Shown piece by piece: positions 27,573 to 37,519 of a stretch of 60,413 bases of DNA. A program made the translations under genes and the position numbers. Position 1 is the stretch's first letter; every line of letters starts with the position of its first letter. The stretch is from NCBI GenBank assembly GCA_900552085.1, contig URYB01000001.1:1-60413 (forward strand), given 5' to 3'. Origin of the DNA: an uncultured Lachnobacterium sp. (lineage in GTDB: Bacteria; Bacillota; Clostridia; Lachnospirales; Lachnospiraceae). The notes under the pieces are model-generated. The model saw only the letters and a program-made list of their open reading frames with translations, made no database searches and was not told where the DNA came from.

Positions 27573-28937
27573 ATGCAAAATAAAAATTTAATCTTGTCTG
27601 GACGATATGAAATTCTAGATACCCTTGGCCATGGGAATGACGGAATTGTCTATCTGGTCAGACATCGATCTTTAGAGTTGAACCGTGCGCTGAAGCAATT
27701 TCCCAAAAGAGACGCACCTTCACTCTTCGCTATTTCGGAAGCAAAAATTTTAAAGACTATTCAGCATCCGGGAATTCCAACCATTTATGATTTTGAAGAA
27801 GATGAATCTTTTTTCTATCTTGTGGAAGAATATATCCAGGGTGTTTCTTTAGAAGAATTTTTGCTCCATCAACAGTCTATTTCCCAGAATTTATTTTTTA
27901 ATTTTTGTGAACAGCTTTGCGATATCTTTGCATATCTGCACACTTTATGCCCAAACCCGATTGTTTATCAGGATTTGAAACCAGAGCATATTATAGTATG
28001 TGGATTACAAATTAAATTAATCGATTTTAGCGTCGCATCATTTATTGCCAACTCTGGAAATGACTTCAATCATTTGGGAAATCACACGTTTTCGGCCCCC
28101 GAACTTGCGTTGGCCGGGCCAGTTACAGCCGTGTCTGATATTTACAGCATTGGGAAAATAATTCAATTTATGCTCCCTTTTGTAAATGCCCCTCTTTCCC
28201 GAAATATTCTGTATATTACCCAAAAAGCAACAAATCCGGAACCCGCGTTCCGTTATCAGACTGTTTATGAACTGTCTGATGCACTCAATAAATTGAAAGA
28301 AAGTTTGGGTAAAACGCATCTCTCGCAGAATATCGCCGTGATCGGAAGCCATTCCGGATGCGGCTGCACACATATAGCAATATCCTTAGTCTCCATGCTG
28401 AACTATCTCGGTCATCCCGCTGTATATCGGGAAGAAAACTGGACCAATTGCCTGAGAAAAGCGCTGGTTGAGATGGAACACATTCAGGAACACAACGGAT
28501 GCTATTATTACCAATGCTTTCAAGGCTATCCCAAATATGATACGGGCATCGAGATTCCCTCTCCGGAAAGTGCACTTTGTGTAATGGATTACGGATGTAC
28601 TTATACTCTTGAGGATCTTGTCTCTGCAGACCTTGTTCTTTATGTCTGTGGTGGTGCACTCTGGCACAGGGCCAATGCAATGATCGAAGATCAGATAATA
28701 GAACATTTGGGAGCACGCCTGAAATTCGTTGCTAATTTATGTGATCACAATTCTGCTGTCTATTACGCCAGAAAATTCTCAGCTCCCGTATATCCATATC
28801 CGTTTGATACCGGGATATTTCAGGCGAATGAGAATAAATTGGACTTTGTCCACTGGCTATCTTTAGAGAAAGGCAGGAAATATTCATTATTACATTTAAT
28901 AAGAAGAAACCGTTTTTTCCGACACCTGCTACCATAG
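27573..28937 (+). CDS. Hanks-type Ser/Thr kinase fused to a ParA/MinD-like domain
   Basis: LGHGNDG, ALK, HPGIPTIYD, YQDLKPEH, DFS, APE and SDIYSIG; C-terminal IAVIGSHSGCGCTH deviant P-loop; start uncertain. Confidence 0.8.
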   Translation: MQNKNLILSGRYEILDTLGHGNDGIVYLVRHRSLELNRALKQFPKRDAPSLFAISEAKILKTIQHPGIPTIYDFEEDESFFYLVEEYIQGVSLEEFLLHQQSISQNLFFNFCEQLCDIFAYLHTLCPNPIVYQDLKPEHIIVCGLQIKLIDFSVASFIANSGNDFNHLGNHTFSAPELALAGPVTAVSDIYSIGKIIQFMLPFVNAPLSRNILYITQKATNPEPAFRYQTVYELSDALNKLKESLGKTHLSQNIAVIGSHSGCGCTHIAISLVSMLNYLGHPAVYREENWTNCLRKALVEMEHIQEHNGCYYYQCFQGYPKYDTGIEIPSPESALCVMDYGCTYTLEDLVSADLVLYVCGGALWHRANAMIEDQIIEHLGARLKFVANLCDHNSAVYYARKFSAPVYPYPFDTGIFQANENKLDFVHWLSLEKGRKYSLLHLIRRNRFFRHLLP

Positions 28938-29506
28938 GAATCTGTGGTGTCAGTGCAAATGCCGGAGTCACGCACTTATGTATTGCGTTGTCTAATTTTT
29001 TACATAGCAGATACCTTGTTTCCACCGCCTATATGGAAATGAATGCCAGTCACGAAATTGCTCTTCTCAATAAAAGAGGAGAAGCCACAAGCGACTCAAA
29101 GCTCTATTTCCGGAAAAAAGGTGTCGACTATTACCCGGACGTTACCATTCGCAAGATGACAGAACTTCTTCACAGAGACTACGAATATTCCATTCTGGAT
29201 TTCGGAGTCCTGACGCCGCATACCCGGCTGGAATTTCTGCATTGTGACAAACGGATTGTCTTATGTAATGTCAGCCCATGGAAAACCACACAATTTGATA
29301 AATTTGTTCAGGAACTAAAAAAATATAAATTGTCTTTGGAGGAGGTCAGATTTGTAAATACATATGGGGATATGATAAAGAAAAATCAGGAACAGATTTA
29401 CAAACAGTATGGCATCCGGGTTGATCCTGCCCCTCTTCTCTGTGATCCATTTCACATTACCTCTGGATGTTTTCACTTTTTTGAACAACTTATGAAAGGA
29501 GAATAG
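28886..29506 (+). CDS. ParA/MinD-like protein with a probable non-ATG start
   Basis: Frame is open from 28838 and encodes TIGICGVSANAGVTHLCIALSNFL upstream of the called TTG; RBS GAAAGGCAGG at 28868-77 followed by in-frame ATA/ATT codons; ILDFG motif. Confidence 0.65.
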   Translation: MITFNKKKPFFPTPATIGICGVSANAGVTHLCIALSNFLHSRYLVSTAYMEMNASHEIALLNKRGEATSDSKLYFRKKGVDYYPDVTIRKMTELLHRDYEYSILDFGVLTPHTRLEFLHCDKRIVLCNVSPWKTTQFDKFVQELKKYKLSLEEVRFVNTYGDMIKKNQEQIYKQYGIRVDPAPLLCDPFHITSGCFHFFEQLMKGE

Positions 29507-29830
29507 TTATCACAATGTTAAACAATAACTTTCAGCTGCTTATTGAATTTCGGCCAGAGGTATATCAGGCACTTGTTGTTACATTATCTGATGTGCCTTT
29601 ACCAGATACAAAATAACAATTAACAATTGGTCCTCAAAATTATAAACAAAAATATAAACATGGAAAAGATTCAGGCAGGGGTCTCAATGCAAATCAGACT
29701 CTTAATCGTTTGAATGAAAAAAGATACCGGGGGACCGGCGTATTTTAGAAATACCCTGTCCCCTATACCTTCATTAACTATATATTAGGAAGAGAACTGT
29801 TTCACATTTCTTAATTTTCCCTTATATCAT

Positions 29831-29859
29831 TTGAATCTATATAAGCACAATGCTATAAT
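29831..29859 (+). promoter_or_regulatory. SigA promoter
   Basis: TTGAAT-17 bp-TATAAT with extended TG. Confidence 0.6.
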
Positions 29860-29897
29860 CGGATTGGAAACTGATTACACATAAGGAAGGATTACAT

Positions 29898-31658
29898 ATG
29901 AAGAAAAAAACTATACCGATTTTAACTGTTTGTGCTCTTATCGTAATCATTGTAGCCATCATCGGCGGTTCTGTGCTTCTTCGCAAATATTCACCAAGCA
30001 AGGAACACAAAGATTTAACCTCATATTATAATATTACCGCAGATAATCAGGTTGCAATTGTATTGAACAATGAACTTACCTCCTCGTATGCCACTTTGAT
30101 TGATGGCCATATTTACGTGGATTACAATTTCGTTCATGACACTTTAAATTCCCGGTTCTACTGGGATCATAACGAAAACATTCTTCTTTATGCTACCTCC
30201 CGGGATCTGATCTCGGCTGAAGCAGACAGCAACAAATATTTGATTACCAAATCATCTGTAGATTATGGCAGACCTGTTGTAAAGGCCAATTCCGATTCTG
30301 CATATATTGATTTGGATTTTGTAAAAGAATATACCGATTTGACTTACGAATATATTAAGGACCCAAACCGCATTGTCATTACCAACCAATGGGGAGACTA
30401 CGATACAGCCTCCGTCAAAAAGAATACGGCTGTTCGTGTCAAAGGCGGAATCAAAAGTCCTATTTTAAAAGATATCACAGAAGCCAGTGATGTTACCGTT
30501 ATTGAACAGGGCGATAAATGGTCAAAGATCCTCACAGACGACGGAATCATCGGCTATGTACAGAACAAACGGATGTCGGATATATCTACCAAAACACGTA
30601 CCAGCGATTTTACGCCGGATACTTTTGCACATATTACCAAAGACTTTAATATCTGTATGGCATGGCATCAGGTAACCAATTACTCTGCGAATACAAATAT
30701 TGCATCTGTTCTCTCATCTACCAAGGGAGTCAATGTAATCTCTCCGACCTGGTTCTATTTAAACGATAACAATGGTAATCTGGCGAACCTGGCAAGTCTG
30801 GACTATGTAAATTATTGTCACTCACAAGGTGTGGAAGTCTGGGCACTCGTCAGCAACCTTGAAAATAAAGATGCTGATTCTGCGGAAGTATTGACACACA
30901 CTTCCAAACGACAGAATCTTGTAAACCAGATTGTATCCATGGCAATCCAATACAACCTTGACGGTATCAATCTTGATTTTGAATCCCTGAACCAGTCAAA
31001 AGTCGGGGATGCTTATATCGAATTTGTACGTGAACTTTCCATCAAATGTGCCAACAATGGAATTGTTCTTTCCGTAGACAATTATGTTCCAACAAGTTAT
31101 ACTGCCTTTTACAACCGCGTGGAGCAGGCGAACTTTGCGGACTATGTCGTAATCATGGGATATGATGAACATTATGCCGGTGGTGATGCCGGTTCTGTAT
31201 CTTCCATCGGATGGGTAAAACAAGGAGTAGCGGATACACTTGCAGAAGTTCCTGCAGATCAGGTAATCCTTGGTATGCCATTCTATACAAGAGTATGGCA
31301 ATTGACCAAGAATACTACCTCTTCCAAAGATTCCACTGACAGCGAAGATAACAACGATACGAAGGACAATGACAATACCAGCGACTACGATGTATCATCC
31401 AAAATTTATGGCATGCGTGCTGCAGATGCATTGCTTGCAGATAATGGTGTAACCAAGACCTGGGACAAAGAAAGCGGTCAGAATTACGCAGAATTTACCA
31501 GTGGAGATTCCACTTTTAAGGTATGGCTGGAAGATGCAAGTTCCACAGAAGAAAGATTGAAAGTCATGCAGGATAACAAACTTGCTGGTGCATCTTTCTG
31601 GAAGCTTGGTTTTGAAACCAGTGATGTGTGGAATACAATTATTAAGTATACGAACTAG
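29898..31658 (+). CDS. Membrane-anchored GH18 glycoside hydrolase with SH3 domain
   Basis: N-terminal TM, ISPTWF, DGINLDFE catalytic motif, MGYDEH and FWKLG. Confidence 0.9.
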   Translation: MKKKTIPILTVCALIVIIVAIIGGSVLLRKYSPSKEHKDLTSYYNITADNQVAIVLNNELTSSYATLIDGHIYVDYNFVHDTLNSRFYWDHNENILLYATSRDLISAEADSNKYLITKSSVDYGRPVVKANSDSAYIDLDFVKEYTDLTYEYIKDPNRIVITNQWGDYDTASVKKNTAVRVKGGIKSPILKDITEASDVTVIEQGDKWSKILTDDGIIGYVQNKRMSDISTKTRTSDFTPDTFAHITKDFNICMAWHQVTNYSANTNIASVLSSTKGVNVISPTWFYLNDNNGNLANLASLDYVNYCHSQGVEVWALVSNLENKDADSAEVLTHTSKRQNLVNQIVSMAIQYNLDGINLDFESLNQSKVGDAYIEFVRELSIKCANNGIVLSVDNYVPTSYTAFYNRVEQANFADYVVIMGYDEHYAGGDAGSVSSIGWVKQGVADTLAEVPADQVILGMPFYTRVWQLTKNTTSSKDSTDSEDNNDTKDNDNTSDYDVSSKIYGMRAADALLADNGVTKTWDKESGQNYAEFTSGDSTFKVWLEDASSTEERLKVMQDNKLAGASFWKLGFETSDVWNTIIKYTN

Positions 31659-31688
31659 TTTTCCTGCATAAATTGAATTAACTAATAC

Positions 31689-31721
31689 AAAAGCCTTTTG
31701 CAAATACGCAAAAGGCTTTTT
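31689..31721 (+). terminator. Intrinsic terminator
   Basis: aaaagccttttgc/gcaaaaggctttt stem plus T-run. Confidence 0.7.
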
Positions 31722-31742
31722 ACTTCAATTATTGGGAGCAGT

Positions 31743-32450
31743 ATGCAAAAAAAATTTGAAATTCTCATGGTTGCCTGTCTTTTTATCTGTTCATTCTTTC
31801 TTGCCCGTGCCGGCGCTGCATATGTTTGCGCCAAAAATCTCAATACAAAAAATCTTTGTATTGTCCTCGACGCGGGTCATGGCGGCGCTGATCCAGGCAA
31901 AGTCGGATGCAACGATATCTTAGAAAAAGATGTTAATCTGTCCATTGTCCACAAGTTGAAAACTCTATTTGAAAACAAAGGATTCCATGTTGTACTTACC
32001 CGCAAAGATGACACTGTTCTTGCAGATGAAAATTCCAAAAATGTCAAAATTGAAGATCTGCGAAAACGTGTTGCGCTCATTACGGAAAACATGCCGGTCA
32101 TGACCATCAGTATTCATCAGAACAGCTTTCCGGATGCATCCATTTCCGGTCCACAGGTTTTCTATTGCGAACAATCGAAAGAAGGCGCAGAAATTGCTTC
32201 TGTACTACAGGAGAGTTTAAACTCCGCGCTCAATCCACCAAAGCCACGCGCATGCAAAGCGAACGATGCATACTATATTCTAAAAAAAACACCCACACCT
32301 ACGGTTATCGTAGAATGTGGGTTCCTAAGTAATGAAGCAGAAGCGCAACAGTTAACCGATGAGTCCTATCAGGAAAAACTTGCCCGCGCAATTTATTCCG
32401 GTGCCTGGGATTATCTTACAAGTTCTGCAACTGCTGCATCGACTGAATAA
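31743..32450 (+). CDS. N-acetylmuramoyl-L-alanine amidase (Amidase_3, CwlD-like)
   Basis: LDAGHGGADPG, EKDVNL, SIHQN and IVECGFLSN motifs. Confidence 0.9.
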   Translation: MQKKFEILMVACLFICSFFLARAGAAYVCAKNLNTKNLCIVLDAGHGGADPGKVGCNDILEKDVNLSIVHKLKTLFENKGFHVVLTRKDDTVLADENSKNVKIEDLRKRVALITENMPVMTISIHQNSFPDASISGPQVFYCEQSKEGAEIASVLQESLNSALNPPKPRACKANDAYYILKKTPTPTVIVECGFLSNEAEAQQLTDESYQEKLARAIYSGAWDYLTSSATAASTE

Positions 32451-35385
32451 AACTTTCCGCAATATGATACAGTCGCTTTGTCTGCACCGGATTGTCAGAA
32501 TTCGTCGCAAGTTCTCCTTCTTTTTTCATCTTTGCCTCCCGGGTAATCTGTGATGTTTCGTAGTGTTCCAAAGAAAGATCACTTACATATGCAATTTTAA
32601 TATCTGCCGTTTTTGTTCCGGCATCGGTATCTTCATGGAATGCTTCCGTGAACATATCCAGATGCCCGGACAAAAACTTCTGTGTCTCTTCATCATCCAC
32701 TGCAATCATTCCGGATACACCATCCTCTTTTGCATGGAATGAAGCAGCAACCTTGCCCAGCCGGTCACTGTCGAAAAGAATGTCCACCCATCCCTTTTCT
32801 TCTTTTCCACGTACAACTTTCAGTGATACCGCCGTAACGCCATCTCCTGTCTGTACCGGAATCATAAAGCTTTCCTCTTTGGATTTCTTTGCGCATAACT
32901 GAAATTGCATGGTTGCCTGTTTCATCGCACGCACATCTACGGTATTGGCCTGCGGATCTTCGATAATCATTGTTTCCATTACATGTGCAGCCACTTCTGC
33001 AAGTGTCTCCTGCGCCTCCGCCAGTTCCTCTGGCGTTTTTACAGCTTCTCCAAATGCATCGAGAACCTGCTGCTTTAAGTCTTCGATTTTATCCACAGAT
33101 TCGGTAGAAAAGTTATAGTCTTTCCACAATTTCTCCATCATCTGGTTCGGATGACGCAACATATTGTTGACAGCAAGAATGTTTGCCACACTGTTGCTGA
33201 TATCGTATCGATCCAGATATTCATATACCTCCTGCGATGCACTCAGTGCCTGCTGCACTTCCTGTAACTGCTCCTGTGCATAACGCTGCGCTTCCTGTTG
33301 TGTTTCCGGTGTTTCCTCCATCTGTGACAGTGCTTCCGCCAACTGTTCCGGCGTCATATTCTGCCACTTATCCTCTCCCAGAGATTGCAGTTTTTCCGGA
33401 CTAATGTTATCTAAAATATCCCGCACACAATTGGTCTGGAATGCAACTTCGATTTGGTCGTCGATTTTTGGTCCATTATTTTTTGCCTGCACACCATCAA
33501 AATCATCGCTGATTTCATAATCCATTCCACCCTTTTTGCTGGTGCGCACTGCTGTCAGAAGATTGCGCATGGTAATGTCACTTCCCTGCTGCATCAATGC
33601 CCCTAACGCAGCTCCATCCGTCTTCTCTACCTGTGCGATCAGACGATAAATTCCAATATATCCGCTTCTTTCTTCTTCCGTAATTTCATGATTCTGCTCT
33701 AACTTCCACAGATAGCGGCTAAAACGCTCCTGATCTTCATTTCCGGTTTCCTGCTTGATGTCTTCCGCAACCTGATTCAACTGTTCCATTGACATATCCA
33801 GTGGATTTTCTCCTTTGCGAATCATCTCCAGGGTTACTGCAGGTGTCATATTTTTGAACGCACGCTGCATTTGCTCATCCAATGCTTTTACATTTTGTAT
33901 ATTTTTTTCATTAATATCAATTCCATTGTATCCAAGAATCCTTACTGCTCGCTGGTTTGCTGCGCTGTTTTCCAGATTCATATCCTTTAGCAGCGACTCT
34001 GCTGCGTTAGAAAAAGCTTTCTGTATGGAATCTCCCATATCTCGACGCGGAGCAGTCATCAACGTTTCATATCGTTCATTTGCCTTTTCCAGTGCCTGCT
34101 GCATCTGGCTTCCATGATCATAAATTTCCTGAATGGTTGTCTCGGCATCCATCTGTCCGATTACATACGCCGGCTGTCCCTTTAATGCATCAAAAACAGC
34201 TATTGTGTCTACCGCTTTATTCACATTCTCTTCTGTGGATGGAATACCCATGCTGTCCATCAGGTCACGATAATACTGTTTTTCCTGCTCCTTTAACGAC
34301 TCGACAGTATCTTCCATAGACTGAATGTCGGCTTCCACTCCAAGTTTCTCCATGGTGGAACCGGCCTCTGTCGTCATGATCAGACGATTCTCTTCCATGC
34401 GCCGCTGGGAAGTAATCATACTGGCATCTCCCGGCCGTTTTCCTTCCCCTATCGCTTTTGCCATGCGATCGATCAACTGATTCCAGTCAATTTCGCCATT
34501 TTCTATTTGCTGTGACAATTCCTGCAAATCACGAAACGACAGCAAATTTTCTTCCGTCAGCGGAATCTGGTTTTCAATCAACCACCTGCTGTCTGCAAGT
34601 GTCTCCTCATTGACTTCCAGCCCTGCATTTTCAATGATTGCAGAAATCTGGTCCTGCATATCCGCAAAATCACTGTCCGAAATCATACCGGTTCCCACCG
34701 TTTCTCCATTGGCCGCACCACTATACTGTGCCATATACAGATTGCTGATGCTCGGCTCAATCTGGTTCTTCAGCAGATAGCTCATCATTTTATCACTGAT
34801 TCCATCCAATGATACCGCCTGGGAAAGCGCATCCATACTATCCTGCATGTTGGCATCTGTGACTGGAAGATCATTGCCCTCTAAGGTACGCATAATCTGT
34901 TGCGCCACTGCCGGATTTCCTGTAATGTCCTGCAACTGCTCCTCGGTCAGGTGATCTCCGTATATTGATATGTCAACGCCCGCCTTCGCAAGTACAGCCT
35001 TGATTTTGTCCGTCACCGTTATGATCGTGTGGCTGTCTGTATCGTTAATGGAAAATCCATTCTCCTCCATCGCCTTATAATCTGCGGCTGAAGTTGTATT
35101 CGCCAGCACGGCAATCTCATTCTTCCGGGCATCGGCGGTCTTTTCTTTATGCTGTTCAATCTCCTGCGCTGCGGTACGATTTGTTCCCGGTTTTTCATAG
35201 GTTGCCATATCGATTGTTCCGCTGTCAGAAACACCCACCGTCTTTTCAAAATGCTCCTGCTGTATCGCGGTAGATTTACTATATTCTGCAACATTTGCCT
35301 GATAAGCCGCGATTCCTTTTGCTGCTGCATCGTCACTCAGACTGCGTGTTACATTATCCCACAAATTTTTCTGTTCAACCTGCAT
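32416..35385 (-). CDS. Large acidic flagella-associated protein (DUF6240-like, FliK-like C-terminus)
   Basis: 989 aa; C-terminal beta motif DILFDSDRLGKVAASF; sigma28 promoter upstream. Confidence 0.6.
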   Translation of the reverse strand: MQVEQKNLWDNVTRSLSDDAAAKGIAAYQANVAEYSKSTAIQQEHFEKTVGVSDSGTIDMATYEKPGTNRTAAQEIEQHKEKTADARKNEIAVLANTTSAADYKAMEENGFSINDTDSHTIITVTDKIKAVLAKAGVDISIYGDHLTEEQLQDITGNPAVAQQIMRTLEGNDLPVTDANMQDSMDALSQAVSLDGISDKMMSYLLKNQIEPSISNLYMAQYSGAANGETVGTGMISDSDFADMQDQISAIIENAGLEVNEETLADSRWLIENQIPLTEENLLSFRDLQELSQQIENGEIDWNQLIDRMAKAIGEGKRPGDASMITSQRRMEENRLIMTTEAGSTMEKLGVEADIQSMEDTVESLKEQEKQYYRDLMDSMGIPSTEENVNKAVDTIAVFDALKGQPAYVIGQMDAETTIQEIYDHGSQMQQALEKANERYETLMTAPRRDMGDSIQKAFSNAAESLLKDMNLENSAANQRAVRILGYNGIDINEKNIQNVKALDEQMQRAFKNMTPAVTLEMIRKGENPLDMSMEQLNQVAEDIKQETGNEDQERFSRYLWKLEQNHEITEEERSGYIGIYRLIAQVEKTDGAALGALMQQGSDITMRNLLTAVRTSKKGGMDYEISDDFDGVQAKNNGPKIDDQIEVAFQTNCVRDILDNISPEKLQSLGEDKWQNMTPEQLAEALSQMEETPETQQEAQRYAQEQLQEVQQALSASQEVYEYLDRYDISNSVANILAVNNMLRHPNQMMEKLWKDYNFSTESVDKIEDLKQQVLDAFGEAVKTPEELAEAQETLAEVAAHVMETMIIEDPQANTVDVRAMKQATMQFQLCAKKSKEESFMIPVQTGDGVTAVSLKVVRGKEEKGWVDILFDSDRLGKVAASFHAKEDGVSGMIAVDDEETQKFLSGHLDMFTEAFHEDTDAGTKTADIKIAYVSDLSLEHYETSQITREAKMKKEGELATNSDNPVQTKRLYHIAESFIQSMQQLQNL

Positions 35386-35472
35386 TTCTCCACCATCCTT
35401 ATACGTCAGTCCCTGTCCTTTTACTGACTGACACTCTATGTTTTATATCGGCCACTTCCCCGTAAAACTAAA
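35386..35472 (-). promoter_or_regulatory. Sigma28 promoter and CsrA-type hairpin
   Basis: Perfect GCCGATAT -10 (35445-52) with TTAG/TTTA at 15-16 bp; UTR hairpin GUCAGU-AAAAGGACAGGG-ACUGAC and AAGGA near the RBS. Confidence 0.7.
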
Positions 35473-35519
35473 GAAACCGTATCGATTTTATCCTTTCGAT
35501 AAAACCGGTACGGTCTCTT
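35471..35519 (-). terminator. Terminator after glgB
   Basis: accgtatcgattttatc/gataaaaccggtacggt long stem. Confidence 0.6.
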
Positions 35520-35548
35520 CTTCCTTCCAATTAACTACTCAAACAAAT

Positions 35549-37453
35549 TTAGAATTTGAACACTGCAACGCCGTATGCAGGAAGTGGATATGCAATTGAA
35601 TACTCTCTTCCATCACACTCTTTCTTCACTGCCCTATAAGATTCCTTGCGATCCTTATCGGTTCCATTGAACTTCGGATCCTCGCTGTTCAATACCAGCT
35701 TGTATGTCTTCTTTTTCGGTACCCCTACACGATAATCCTCACGCGCTACTGGCGTAAAGTTAATAACAAACAACAAATTATTTTTGCCGTCTTTGCTCTT
35801 TCGAACAAAACTGAAAATACTACGTTCTCTGTCATCTGCATTGATCCACTCAAATCCTGCCCAGCTTGTATCCTGTTCATACATACATGGGTTTGAGGTA
35901 TATAAATGAAGAAGTTCTTTTACCCAATCCTGTACTTTCTTATGATTCGAGTCTTCCAACAAATACCAATCGAGTTCACGCGCTTCGCTCCACTCCTGTA
36001 CCTGTGCAAATTCCTGTCCCATGAACAAAAGCTTTTTGCCGGAATGTCCCATCATAAATGCATAACCTGCCATAAGGTTTTTGAACTTATCTCCCTCAAG
36101 TCCAGGCATTTTGTTCAGCATAGAGCATTTCAGATGTACAACCTCGTCGTGTGAGAGAACAAGAATATACTTCTCACTCTCGTTATAACTCATGGCAAAT
36201 GTCATCTTATTGTGATTATCCTTACGGAAATATGGATCCAGTTTCATATAATCCAGGAAGTCATGCATCCATCCCATGTTCCACTTATAACTGAAATTCA
36301 ATCCGTCATCTTCGACCGGACCAGTTACCTTCGGCCATGCAGTAGACTCTTCCGCAATCATTACAACGCCTGGATTTCTACCGAGAATCAATGTATTGAT
36401 GTGTTTAAAGAACTCAATCGCCTCAAGGTTTTTATTTCCACCATAGATATTTGGAACCCACTGACCATCTTCCTTACCATAATCCAGATACAACATGGAT
36501 GCAACCGCATCTACACGCAATCCGTCCACATGGTAATTCTCTACCCACATCAGGGCACTTCCAATCAGGAAGTTCTTAACCTCATTCTTGCTATAATCAA
36601 AAATCTTAGTTCCCCAGTCCGGATGCTCGCCTTTTCTTGAATCTGCATACTCATAAGTTGCAGTTCCATCAAACTCTGCCAGACCATGTGCATCCTTTGG
36701 AAAATGCGCCGGAACCCAGTCAAGAATAACACCGATTTTGTTCTTGTGGCATTCATTTACCAGATAAGCAAAATCCTCTGGTGTTCCATAACGGGAAGTC
36801 GGTGCATAGTAGCCCGTTACCTGATACCCCCATGAACCATCGAATGGATACTCTGAAATTCCCATCAGCTCAATATGGGTATAACCCATCTCTTTTACAT
36901 ATGCAATCAGAGATTTTGCCAGATCACGGTAACTGTAAAAACCATCGTCATCTCTGCCCGGATGACGCATCCAGGAACCCGGATGTACTTCGTAGATTGC
37001 CATCGGCTGCTCATAAATCGTTTCCTTTGTGAGCGTTGCTCTGTGCTTCATCCATGTCGTGTCTGTCCATTTAAAATGTGAAATATCTGTTACGATTGAT
37101 GCTGTCTCCGGACGGAGCTGCGCATAATTCGCATAAGGATCTGCTTTGTACAAATGTCTTCCATCCTTTGCAATAATCAGATACTTGTACATGCATCCAG
37201 ACTTTACTCCCGGTACAAAAAGCTCATATACACCCATGGTATCCGGATCTACACGATGCATCTCGTGGGAAGTCTCATTCCATCCGTTAAACTCTCCAAT
37301 AACATATACTCTGTCTGCATGCGGTGCCCACACATCAAAGCACACACCCGATTCCCCATTTTCTGTCATGACATGCGCACCCATTTTGCGATATATATCA
37401 TAATGTGTTGCCTGTCCGAACAGATAACAGTCCATTTCTGTAAAATTACTCAT
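35549..37453 (-). CDS. glgB: 1,4-alpha-glucan branching enzyme
   Basis: VWAPHA, SWGYQ, DWVPAHF, DGLRVDAVASM, AEEST and LSHDEVVH motifs. Confidence 0.96.
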   Translation of the reverse strand: MSNFTEMDCYLFGQATHYDIYRKMGAHVMTENGESGVCFDVWAPHADRVYVIGEFNGWNETSHEMHRVDPDTMGVYELFVPGVKSGCMYKYLIIAKDGRHLYKADPYANYAQLRPETASIVTDISHFKWTDTTWMKHRATLTKETIYEQPMAIYEVHPGSWMRHPGRDDDGFYSYRDLAKSLIAYVKEMGYTHIELMGISEYPFDGSWGYQVTGYYAPTSRYGTPEDFAYLVNECHKNKIGVILDWVPAHFPKDAHGLAEFDGTATYEYADSRKGEHPDWGTKIFDYSKNEVKNFLIGSALMWVENYHVDGLRVDAVASMLYLDYGKEDGQWVPNIYGGNKNLEAIEFFKHINTLILGRNPGVVMIAEESTAWPKVTGPVEDDGLNFSYKWNMGWMHDFLDYMKLDPYFRKDNHNKMTFAMSYNESEKYILVLSHDEVVHLKCSMLNKMPGLEGDKFKNLMAGYAFMMGHSGKKLLFMGQEFAQVQEWSEARELDWYLLEDSNHKKVQDWVKELLHLYTSNPCMYEQDTSWAGFEWINADDRERSIFSFVRKSKDGKNNLLFVINFTPVAREDYRVGVPKKKTYKLVLNSEDPKFNGTDKDRKESYRAVKKECDGREYSIAYPLPAYGVAVFKF

Positions 37454-37519
37454 ATACTCTCCTCCACATTCTATATTTTATGATAACTGATCCATTCTGT
37501 TTGTATGAATCAGTACATA

